DNA from: Eledone cirrhosa
Taxonomy: Eukaryota
DNA length: 64,000 bases
Assembly (NCBI GenBank): GCA_964016885.1
Contig: OZ024751.1
Location: forward strand, 33,666,001 to 33,730,000
Direction: 5' to 3'
Below, in pieces: positions 14,921-27,789 of this stretch. The first letter of the stretch is position 1. Every line of letters starts with the position of its first letter. Below the pieces are notes generated by a model. That model worked only from the letters and a program-made list of their open reading frames with translations. It was not told where the DNA came from and searched no databases. The translations under genes and the position numbers were made by a program.

Positions 14921-15087
14921 GTATTTATATATATATGTATTTAACTTACATCAAACTAAAATATGTTGACAATCTTTTAATAATGTCTTCCTTGTGAAAT
15001 TTGTGGTTTTGTTTTGCTTAACTAATGAATATATGTATTTATATATATGTATTTATTTATATATATATGTATATATACATATACATA

Positions 15088-15139
<52 letters not shown>

Positions 15140-15303
15140 CATATATATATAAATATATATATATATATACATATATATACATATACATATATACATATAT
15201 ATACATATATATATATACATATATATACATATATATATATATACATATATACATACATATATATATATATACACATATATACATATATATATATATACAT
15301 ATG

Positions 15304-15334
<31 letters not shown>

Positions 15335-15499
15335 ATATGTATACATATATATATATATATATATATACATATGTATACATATATATATATACATATATAT
15401 AATACATATATATACATATATATATATATACATATATATATATGCATATATATATATACATATATATATATACATATATATATATATACATATATATAA

Positions 15500-15530
<31 letters not shown>

Positions 15531-15626
15531 CATATATATACAATATATATATATATATAGATATATACATATATATATATATATACATATATATATATTA
15601 TATATATATATAATATATATATATAC

Positions 15627-15659
<33 letters not shown>

Positions 15660-15683
15660 ATATATATATAGTATATATATACA

Positions 15684-15737
<54 letters not shown>

Positions 15738-15748
15738 CATATATATAC

Positions 15749-15781
<33 letters not shown>

Positions 15782-15894
15782 CATATATATACATATATAT
15801 ATATATACATATACATATATATATATATATATATACATACATATATATACAGACATATATATATATATACATACATATATATATATATACATAC

Positions 15895-15975
<81 letters not shown>

Positions 15976-15993
15976 CATATATATATACATACA

Positions 15994-16063
<70 letters not shown>

Positions 16064-16224
16064 CATATATATATATACATATATATATATATACATATAT
16101 ATATAGACATATATATATATATATATACATATATACATATATACATATATATATATATACATATATATATAGACATATATATATATATACATATATACAT
16201 ATATATATACATATTTATATATAC

Positions 16225-16315
<91 letters not shown>

Positions 16316-16402
16316 TATATACATATATATATACATATATATACATATACATATATATACATATATATATATATACATATATATACATATATATACATAT
16401 AC

Positions 16403-16449
<47 letters not shown>

Positions 16450-16590
16450 TATATACATACATATATATATATATACATACATATATATATACATACATAC
16501 ATATATATATATATACATACATATATATATATATACATACATATATATATATATACATACATATATATATATATACATATTTATATATAC

Positions 16591-16648
<58 letters not shown>

Positions 16649-16673
16649 ATATTTATATATACATATACATATA

Positions 16674-16739
<66 letters not shown>

Positions 16740-16960
16740 CATATATATATACATATACATATATATACATATATATATATACATATACATATATATATAT
16801 ATACATATACATATATATACATATATATATATATACATATATATACATATATATACATACATATATATATACTTATACATATATATATATACATATACAT
16901 ACATATACATATATACATATATATACATATATATACATACATATATATATATACATATAC

Positions 16961-17011
<51 letters not shown>

Positions 17012-17016
17012 TATAC

Positions 17017-17049
<33 letters not shown>

Positions 17050-17086
17050 CATATATATACATATATATATATATACATATATATAC

Positions 17087-17117
<31 letters not shown>

Positions 17118-17244
17118 CATATATATACATATATATATATATACATATATATACATATATATATACATATATATACATATATATATACATATATATACAT
17201 ATATATATATATACATATATATACATATATATATATATATATAC

Positions 17245-17287
<43 letters not shown>

Positions 17288-17390
17288 TATATACATACAT
17301 ATATATATATACATATATATATATACATACATATATATATATATACATACATATATATATATATACATACATATATATATATATACATAC

Positions 17391-17421
<31 letters not shown>

Positions 17422-17444
17422 CATACATATATATATATACATAC

Positions 17445-17493
<49 letters not shown>

Positions 17494-17570
17494 ACGAAGG
17501 AAATGTGGTAAGGAACCAGGTGGACCATAACGCACCAAAGTACTCAATACTTGAGGTAGTAGAGTGGGTA

Positions 17571-17671
17571 ATAGGAACCAGTAAGACCCCGACAGCTGAG
17601 CTCAAGCCGTTTCGACGGATAATCCGTCGAAACGGCTTGAGCTCAGCTGTCGGGGTCTTACTGGTTCCTAT
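17571..17671. repeat. Perfect palindrome, 50-bp arms, 1-nt centre
   Basis: ataggaaccagtaagaccccgacagctgagctcaagccgtttcgacggat-a-reverse complement. Confidence 0.97.
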
Positions 17672-17710
17672 ATATATATATATACATACATATATATATA
17701 TACATACATA

Positions 17711-18120
17711 TGGTGGCTGCCAACTCGTTTTCGAGTACGGCCACTACTTTATATCCATGTAGAAGAACCCTACTGAAGCGCTGAACGAGTGTGACTTTAG
17801 TCCAGCCAGCGACTTCAAAACTCTGGTACAAACACTACACTTGTGACAATTATTGACACATAGTGCTGGGCCCATGGTACCATGTGACGACAAGTGCAGA
17901 GAGATCTCCAGATATAAAGCAATGCCTGTGCCGTGAAACTTTTATAGTGAGCAAAGGCACTGCACAAAGCCAGTCCCACTCTCTTAACCAAGATGATATT
18001 TATCAAAAAGAAGAACAAGTCAACATCATTGGATACCATCAGGGTTGCAGGTGTTATATCAGAGTTTTCCTTCTCCTAGAATTCTGCCTTGACAAAGGCT
18101 AAGGGGTCATCTCTCCCGGG
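17711..18120 (-). mobile_element. ~410-bp interspersed element, copy 1
   Basis: Near-identical to 20466-20875 and 21185-21597. Contains ctaggagaaggaaaactctga on the minus strand, which I recall from RTE 5' regions and RTE-derived SINEs. Confidence 0.65.
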
Positions 18121-18616
18121 ACATACATACATAGATACATAGATACATACATACATACATATACATATATACATACATACATATATACATGATGGCTGCA
18201 AACTCTGCTAAGAATACTGCAGTTGCTTGTCAGATTATAGAGTTTGGTGCACCTTTAAGCTATGGCCAGCCACACAAACCTGTAACAGATCCTGAACAAG
18301 CAATGCCTGAGCTTTGAAGGATTTTTAAGTGGGGAAAGGCCTTGCACTCGACCAATCCCACTCTACGAAAACACTACCCGAAAAGGGGAACATTCATACA
18401 TAGGTATATACATAGATACATACTCACACATACATTTATATATGTATGTAAATATATATACATAATATACGTATAGATGTATATAATATGTATGGTATAT
18501 AATTTATTGCATAATATTTAAAGTGTAGTTCTGAGTTTTCAACAAGTTTTAGTATATCTTAGATATACTATATATATCTAAGATATACTATATATATATA
18601 CTATATATATATATAC

Positions 18617-18666
<50 letters not shown>

Positions 18667-18679
18667 TACATATATATAC

Positions 18680-18721
<42 letters not shown>

Positions 18722-18722
18722 G

Positions 18723-18804
<82 letters not shown>

Positions 18805-18811
18805 CATATAC

Positions 18812-18902
<91 letters not shown>

Positions 18903-18939
18903 TACATATACATATATATATACATATATATACATATAC

Positions 18940-18970
<31 letters not shown>

Positions 18971-19187
18971 CATACATATATATATATATATACATACATA
19001 TATATATATATATACATATACATACATATATATATATATATACATACATATATATATATATATACATACATATATATATATATATACATATACATACATA
19101 TATATATATATACATATATATATACATACATATATATATATATACATACATATATATATATATACATACATATATATATATACATAC

Positions 19188-19218
<31 letters not shown>

Positions 19219-19365
19219 CATATATATAAATATACATATATATATATACATATATATAAATATACATATATATATATACATATATATATACATATATATA
19301 TATACATATATATATATATACATATATATATATACATATATATACATACATATATATATACATAC

Positions 19366-19398
<33 letters not shown>

Positions 19399-19399
19399 C

Positions 19400-19446
<47 letters not shown>

Positions 19447-19455
19447 CATATATAC

Positions 19456-19486
<31 letters not shown>

Positions 19487-19533
19487 CATATACATACATA
19501 CATATACATACATACATATACATACATACATAC

Positions 19534-19588
<55 letters not shown>

Positions 19589-19651
19589 CATATATATACA
19601 TACATATACATACATATATATAAACATATATATATATATATATATACATAC

Positions 19652-19684
<33 letters not shown>

Positions 19685-19690
19685 CATACA

Positions 19691-19742
<52 letters not shown>

Positions 19743-20266
19743 CAAACATATATACATATACATATATATATATACATATATATATATACATATATATATA
19801 TACATACATATATATATATACATATATATACATATATATATATACATATATATACATATATATATATACATACATATATATATATATATATATACATATA
19901 TATATACATATATATATATACATATACATATACATACATATATTCTCTCTCTCTCTCTCGTTTAACGTCCGTGTTCCACGCGTGCATGGGTTTGGACGGG
20001 GGTTTTCCCACTTGAGGCAAGAGTGATTGCTCGCATAGGACTGTCTGGCAGGTTTTCTACAGTTGGATGCCCTTCCTAACACCAACCACATTTACAGTGA
20101 GGATCTGGGAGGTTTTTACCGTGTTGCCTACACGGCCACATTACAGCGTGGACTGTGTGTTTTTTTGTCGTGACACCTACACGATCTCATTTGTTTCGGC
20201 CTGGATGGTGTGGCACCAACATATACATATATATACATATACATATATACATATATACACATATAC

Positions 20267-20312
<46 letters not shown>

Positions 20313-20465
20313 ACATATATACATATATATACACATATATATACATATATATACATATATATACACTATATACACATATATATATACATATATATATACA
20401 CATATATATACATATATATATATACATATATATACACATATATTTTACATATATACATATATATA

Positions 20466-21070
20466 TGGTGGCTGCCAACTCGTTTTCGAGTATGGCCACT
20501 ACCTTATATCCATGTAGGAGAACTCCTACCGATGCGCTGAACGAGTGTGACTTTTTAGTCCAGCCAGCGACTTCAAAACTCTGGTACAAACATTACACTT
20601 GTGACAATTATTGACCCATAGTGCTGGGCCCATGGTACCATGTGACGACAAGTGCAGAGAGATCTCCAGATATAAAGCAATGCCTGTGCCATGAAGCTTT
20701 TATAGTGAGCAAAGACACTGCACAAAGCCAGTCCCACTCTCTTAACCAAGATGATATTTACCAAAAAGAAGAACAAGTCAACATCATTGGATACCATCAG
20801 GGATGCAGGTGTTATATCAGAGTTTTCCTTCTAGAATTCTGCCTTGACAAACGCTAAGGGGTCATCTCTCCCGGATATTTTGGATGGCCATTGACTCTTA
20901 AGAGCTCCTTTGCCATTTGACAGGTTTTGTTTTTAGTCCTGCAGGATGTCCAAAGTCACCCTCCTCACCAAGAAATCTTGGTGGGGTTGCCAGTTTAGTC
21001 GCCAACGACACAACCATGAGACAGGTTGTACTGGCATACATGTTACCAGTAGCACCAACTGGTGACCTGA
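20466..21070 (-). mobile_element. Same element, copy 2 (longest, with about 195 bp extra)
   Basis: Direct sequence identity with copies 1 and 3. Confidence 0.65.
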
Positions 21071-21111
21071 CATACATACATAAATATATACATACATACA
21101 TACATAAATAA

Positions 21112-21144
<33 letters not shown>

Positions 21145-21184
21145 TACATATATATATACATATACATATACATACATACATATA

Positions 21185-21597
21185 TGGTGGCTGCCAACTT
21201 GTTTTCGAGTACGGCCACTACTTTATATCCATGTAGGAGAACCCCTACCGAAGCGCTGAACGAGTGTGACTTTTTAGTCCAGCCAGCGACTTGAAAACTC
21301 TGGTACAAACACTACACTTGTGACAATTACTGACACATAGTGCTGGGCCCATGGTACCATGTGACAACAAGTGCAGAGAGATCTCCAGATATAAAGCAAT
21401 ACCTCTGCCGTTAAGCTTTTATAGTGAGCAAAGGCACTGCACAAAGCCAGTCCCACTCTCTTAACCAAGATGATATTTACGAAAAAGAAGAACAAGTCAA
21501 CATCATTGGATACCATCAGGGTTGCAGGTGTTATATCAGAGTTTTCCTTCTCCTAGAATTCTGCCTTGACAAAGGCTAAGGGGTCATCTCTCCCGGA
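21185..21597 (-). mobile_element. Same element, copy 3
   Basis: Direct sequence identity with copies 1 and 2. Confidence 0.65.
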
Positions 21598-21705
21598 CAT
21601 ATATATATATATATACATCTCTCCCGGACATATATATATATATATATACATATATATATACATATATATATACATATATATATATATATACATATATATA
21701 TACAC

Positions 21706-21754
<49 letters not shown>

Positions 21755-21926
21755 TATATACATATATACATATATATATATACATATATATATACATACA
21801 TATATATATACATATATATATATATACATATATATACATATATATATATATATACATACATATATATATATACATATATATATATATACATATATATACA
21901 TATATATATATATACATATATATACA

Positions 21927-21962
<36 letters not shown>

Positions 21963-22041
21963 CATATATATATACATATATATATATATATACATATATA
22001 TACATATATATATATATATACATATATATACATATATATAC

Positions 22042-22106
<65 letters not shown>

Positions 22107-22227
22107 TACATATATATATACATATATATATATATACATATATACATATATATATACATATATATATATATACATATATACATATATATATACATATACA
22201 TATATATATACATATACATATATATAC

Positions 22228-22274
<47 letters not shown>

Positions 22275-22395
22275 CATATATATACATATATATATATATA
22301 TACATTTATATATATATATATCATCATCATGATGATGATATATATATACATATATATATATACATATATATATATACATATACATATATATATAC

Positions 22396-22448
<53 letters not shown>

Positions 22449-22453
22449 CATAC

Positions 22454-22490
<37 letters not shown>

Positions 22491-23097
22491 CATACATATA
22501 TACACATATATATATATACATACATATATACATATATATATTTACATATATATACATACATATACATATATATATTTACATATACATATATATGTATACA
22601 TATATATGTATATATATATATACATATATATGTATATATATATATACATATATATATGTATATGTATATATATATATACATATATATGTATACATATATA
22701 TGTATATACATATATATATACATATATTTATATATATACATATATTTATAATATATACATATATTTATATATATACATATATTTATATATATACATATAT
22801 TTATATATATACATATATTTATATATATACATATATTTATACATTTACATATATTAATATATATACATAAATTTATATATATATATACATATATTTAAAT
22901 TTATATATATACATATATTTATATTTATATATATACATATATTTATATTTATATATATACATATATTTATATTTATATATATACATATACATATATTTAT
23001 ACATATATTTATATTTATACATATACATATATTTATATTTATACATATATTTATATACATATATTTATATTTATACATATATTTATATACATATATT

Positions 23098-23131
<34 letters not shown>

Positions 23132-24946
23132 CATACATATATTTATATATATATATATATATACATACATTTATATATATATATATATATCCATACATAT
23201 ATTTATATATATACATACATATATTTATATACTTATATTTATATATATACATATATTTATTTATATATATACATATATATATACATATATATACATATAT
23301 ATATATACATATATATATACATATATTTATATATATACATAGATTTATATATATACATAGATTTATATATATACATATACATATACATATATTTATACAT
23401 ATACATATACATATATTTATATATATACATATACATACATATATACATATACATACATATATATATACATATACATACATATATATATACATATACATAT
23501 ATATATATATACATACATATATATATACACATAACATATATATATATATATATACATAACATATATATATATATACATAACATATATATATATATATATA
23601 CATAACATATATATATATATATATATATACATACATATATATATATATATAAACATATATTTATATATATATACATATATTTATATATATATATACATAT
23701 ATTTATATATATATATACATATATTTATATATATATATACATATATTTATATATACATATATTTATTTATATATACATATATTTATTTATATATACATAT
23801 ATTTATATATACATACATATATTTATATATACATACATATATTTATATATACATACATATATTTATATATACATACATATTTATATATACATATATTTAT
23901 ATATACATATACATATATTTATATATACATATACATATATTTATATATACATATATTTATATATATATACATATATTTATATATATATACATATATTTAT
24001 ATATATATATATTTATATATATATACATTTATATATATATACACATATATTTATATATATACATATATTTATACATACATATATATATATATATACATAC
24101 ACACATATATATATAAAGAGGGGTTGAAAAACTGGACATGACAGTTGGATTAAACAGACTTGTTGTTGTGTCGCATTATTTATCATTGTTCTGCGTTTGT
24201 ATTTCTCATTTTTTATTCATTATTAATAAAAATATCATTACATCATCAAATGAAAGTTCCTACACTAAAGTATAGAATTTTCAAGAAAATAAATTTAATT
24301 TTTCGGGATTTGTATTTGTATTTGTTTTGTTAGTGTTGTTTTGTTACTTTCTGTTTAGAGAGTCATGAGATTATACTCCAGGTGAGTGTGCTGGTAGCGA
24401 CATGATTATTAAAACATCTGTGATGTTGCTGGTAGCAACATGACCATCGAAACATCTGTGATTTTGCTGGTTGTGACATGATGATTAAAACATTTTTGTG
24501 ATGTTGCTGGTAGCGACATGATCGTCGAAATATCTCTGTGATGTTGCTGGTAGCGACTTGATCATTAAAACATCTTGGTGTCGAGAATTAGATTCTATTG
24601 AGCTCGTGTTCTAAGATGGTCACAGAATCTAATAAAATAAATCTGAAAACAGATGTATAACGTTTTAGACTCCTTGCTGACTAGCTTCCTCTTTAGTGTT
24701 ACTTTCTAAGAAATTGTGTCCAATATACTATTATTTCCTCACACACACAGATACATCAGCCTCCATCACTGTTCAACATCTATTTTCCATGCATGGGTTA
24801 GATGGATTATCATACACTGGGTCTAGACAGGTTATATGTTATATATTTGTCTTGGTTTCTATGGCTAGAGATCCTTCCTATAAACATATAAAACTTTAGC
24901 AAATATCTTTTGATATAAAAAAACAACAACAATTTTTGTAATTTTC

Positions 24947-24952
24947 TTTATT
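24947..24952 (-). terminator. Candidate KPTN polyadenylation signal
   Basis: AATAAA on the minus strand about 90 nt after the stop codon. Another lies at 24212-24217. Confidence 0.4.
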
Positions 24953-25042
24953 ACATATAGTACAGAAGACATCGTAGATATTATTAAACGAGACACATCA
25001 TACAGAAGACATATCGTACAAATTATGGTGAAGTGAAATGTC

Positions 25043-27619
25043 CTACTTAGACTCTTTTTCTTCATCTTTTGAAATGGAAGTATTTGCTAAAGCATATAAT
25101 TTATTGAAACATATTTCAGCAACATTAGTTAAATTAGGTTGTAATATATGAAGTCCTTTAAGAGTTAGAACTATTAAATCATCCATACCGTCCCCCATAA
25201 CATCAGCATGTTCAACAGCAACAACTGGGGATGAAAAACTACGCTGCCACAACAGTTGGTAACCGGCTTGGGGCTGACCTTTGGAGAATGGAGGTCGGTT
25301 GTTGAACATATCTGATATAATGTCTACCTCAGGAGAATATGTATTAATATTCCAGTTATCAGGCATACTAGAATCATCTTTATACACTGTTTTAGGAGTT
25401 GAGGTTAAATCACCCGTATATTTATACATCTTCTTACTGCTGACAGAAAATGAGTAGGCTTTTCTTCTGGAATTCATTGTTTGAAGTTCATCAAAATTAT
25501 CAATAGGGCTGGTTGGTTGCTGTGGGGTTATTGTCTGGAACTTGTATGCTAAAAGTTCTTGTCCATATGTACCAAGTAACACTTCATTTAAACCATCAAA
25601 GTCAATATCTACAGCACAAGCACACATAACACAATCAGATTTGTTGCTGTCAGGGAGCAGAAGTTGATCGGAGAATTCATTGTTTAAGACATTTTTATAT
25701 ACAACTGACTGTTCTACAGCACTGACAACGAGAAGGTGATAGTCTGATACATCACATTCGGTGTCACTCTCTAACCCAAGATTTTCAAGACATGAAGGGA
25801 CAGCTACCTTATTTTCTGATGTAAACAAAAGAACCCGTGTTATTGGTCCATCATGACAATTAGAGAATTGTTTTAAAATAACTTTAGTCAAAGGTTCCAC
25901 TAAAAAGACGATCACTTCACCATTTTGATGTCCTCTTGCAGTAATTCTTTGTTTGAATTTGTTAACATAAACAATATTAATCCACAGAACACAACTGTTT
26001 ATTGTTTGGAACTCTGGGAAATATTCCATGACAGGAACCTCCATAAATGAATGTTCAAGACTAACAACCTGAAATAAAGAAACAAATCTTTTAAAAAATG
26101 GCTTCATTTCATTTTCTTTCTTTTTAACAATAAAGAATCATCTCAGCCCTTTTATTACCCCAGATCTAATTAAATATATAGGTGTTTAGAACATTAATTA
26201 ACAGGAATAACTTAAACCCTTTCAACTTTTCACCACAACTCTCCAGAGTTTTCTTTATCATTTCTTTCATGTTATTAACTAATCTTATCTCCGAACATGC
26301 TGCAAAAGATTTTACCCCGGAAAACGGAGGGGGAAGGGTGGGACCTTCGTACCAACCCACCCACCTCCAGGAATTTTCTTTACCTTCTAACCCTAAGTTG
26401 GGGGAGAGGTGAAAATCCCGAAAGCCTCCTCCCTCTTCAAGAGTCAAAGTCCTTTGCACCATATCAGGAGGTACGTTTAATTGATAGCACACGGAAAAAT
26501 AATAATTTCCCCCTGAAATCGGTGGGGGAGAGGGTATTTCTATAATACCCAAATTAGTTGGTTCTTAGCTGTTCTCATAAGACTTCCAGAACTTTTAGAA
26601 AATTTAAGACTACAATTAAATAGGAACGGATTCCAGTGATATAATATACAAAAGTATTCAATGAAATTATTGCAAACAAGCTATACTTAACACTTCATAT
26701 ATATGTTAAAATAATATCTTAAAAGACCGTATATTGAGGGCGAGGGTTACCAAGTGATCACAAAACCTTTTCCTTTCCATAATTCAAGATGAATAAGTTA
26801 TTTTAAGATTCATCGTGGTTAGTTTCACTTTTAAATACGTAGTCGGCAACATTATAAATAATACTAACGGTGGATTGGCAGTATCGGTAGAGAGTCGGAC
26901 GCCATGCTTTCCAGCATAGTTACGTCCCTTTACGATCAGAGTTCAAATCCCGCCGAGGTTGACTTTGCCTTTCATCCTTACGGGGTCGATAAAATAAAGT
27001 ACCAGTAATGCACTGGTAATTGCTGGCCTTGTGCCTAAAGTAGAAACAATTATAAATAATAACAAACCTCTTGGTATAGGTGAATCTTTTTATCATTTCC
27101 ACTCAATAAGAAAACAGTTTCTTTAGAGTTTTTGGTAATCAATTCAGTATGGGTGAGTTGATAAGGTATAAACTCTAGTTTCAAATACTGACATATAGGA
27201 GTAACTTGGTCAGAATTCGGTTTGATATCCAATTCTTTTTCCAATGAAGAATAAATATTGAGAAACTGACAGGTTTTATTTTCATTTTCTTCTAATTTGA
27301 GGAAAGCAATTCCAATTATAAGTTCGTCATCGTGGAATACTTTACGGAAAGCATCAATAGCTACAAGCTCGGCATCACTGGGTATATATGTAAACTGGAT
27401 CTCTCTAGAGGAGGGTCGTAATTTGTCTGAATGTTTGTGGTATTCTACACTCATTACTTTACCATTCATACATCCTGTCAACAACTTTGTTGTACCATCA
27501 GCTTTAGAGAATGTTGTTAAACCATAGACATTACTTTGAGAAGGAAGACAGCTGAAATGTGCGTCGATCCATTGCCATCTTCCATCCATTTCAATGTTAT
27601 TTGAAACTGAGGTCTGCAT
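25043..27619 (-). CDS. KPTN: KICSTOR complex protein kaptin; exons 27619 (or ATG at 27589)-27068 and 26068-25043
   Basis: Two long ORFs joined by a phase-0 GT-AG intron. Motifs SQSNVYGL, EIQFTYIP, ETVFLLSGND..IHLY, DGPITRVLLF, DIDFDGLNEVLLGTYGQELL, LLWQRSFSSP and LKGLHILQ match kaptin. The start codon choice is uncertain. Confidence 0.93.
26869..27052 (+). mobile_element. tRNA-derived SINE, full length (resembles octopus OK-type SINEs)
   Basis: A box tggcagtatcgg, B box gagttcaaatccc, body gactttgcctttcatcc..ggggtcgataaaataaagtaccag, and a flanking direct repeat attataaataata. Confidence 0.85.
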
Positions 27620-27789
27620 TACAACTTTCTCTCGAGTTATCTCCACTTTACCGGACGTCAATACTTCTTCCTTTTCCTGTTAGACATTTTCACTCTTCGG
27701 TGCATCGAATTTTTGGTCGTGCTAATCTTGGCTCATCCAACACCTTAGTCATTTATAGGATTTCATAGAATATCTAAAACACATCCACT
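27620..27789. promoter_or_regulatory. Shared bidirectional promoter / 5' UTR region of KPTN and RPL12, with a TCT/5'TOP-like pyrimidine tract at about 27664-27679
   Basis: Divergent start codons. The tract cttcttccttttcctg resembles ribosomal-protein TCT initiators. Confidence 0.6.

Larger units (their letters stand above)
14070..24115. repeat. ~10 kb compound (TA)n/(ATAC)n/(TATT) microsatellite field interrupted by interspersed elements
   Basis: Directly visible. It is the source of the Y/I/M/C/V-rich pseudo-ORFs. Confidence 0.98.

Noticed and set aside
14050-23700. Long Y/I/M/C/V-rich ORFs (up to 850 aa)
   Set aside because: They are translations of TA/ATAC microsatellite, open in many frames on both strands.
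26166-26552. 128-aa ORF in the KPTN intron
   Set aside because: No recognisable homology, and KPTN splices in frame without it.
26869-26960. tRNA gene
   Set aside because: The A and B boxes belong to a multi-copy SINE head and there is no cloverleaf.
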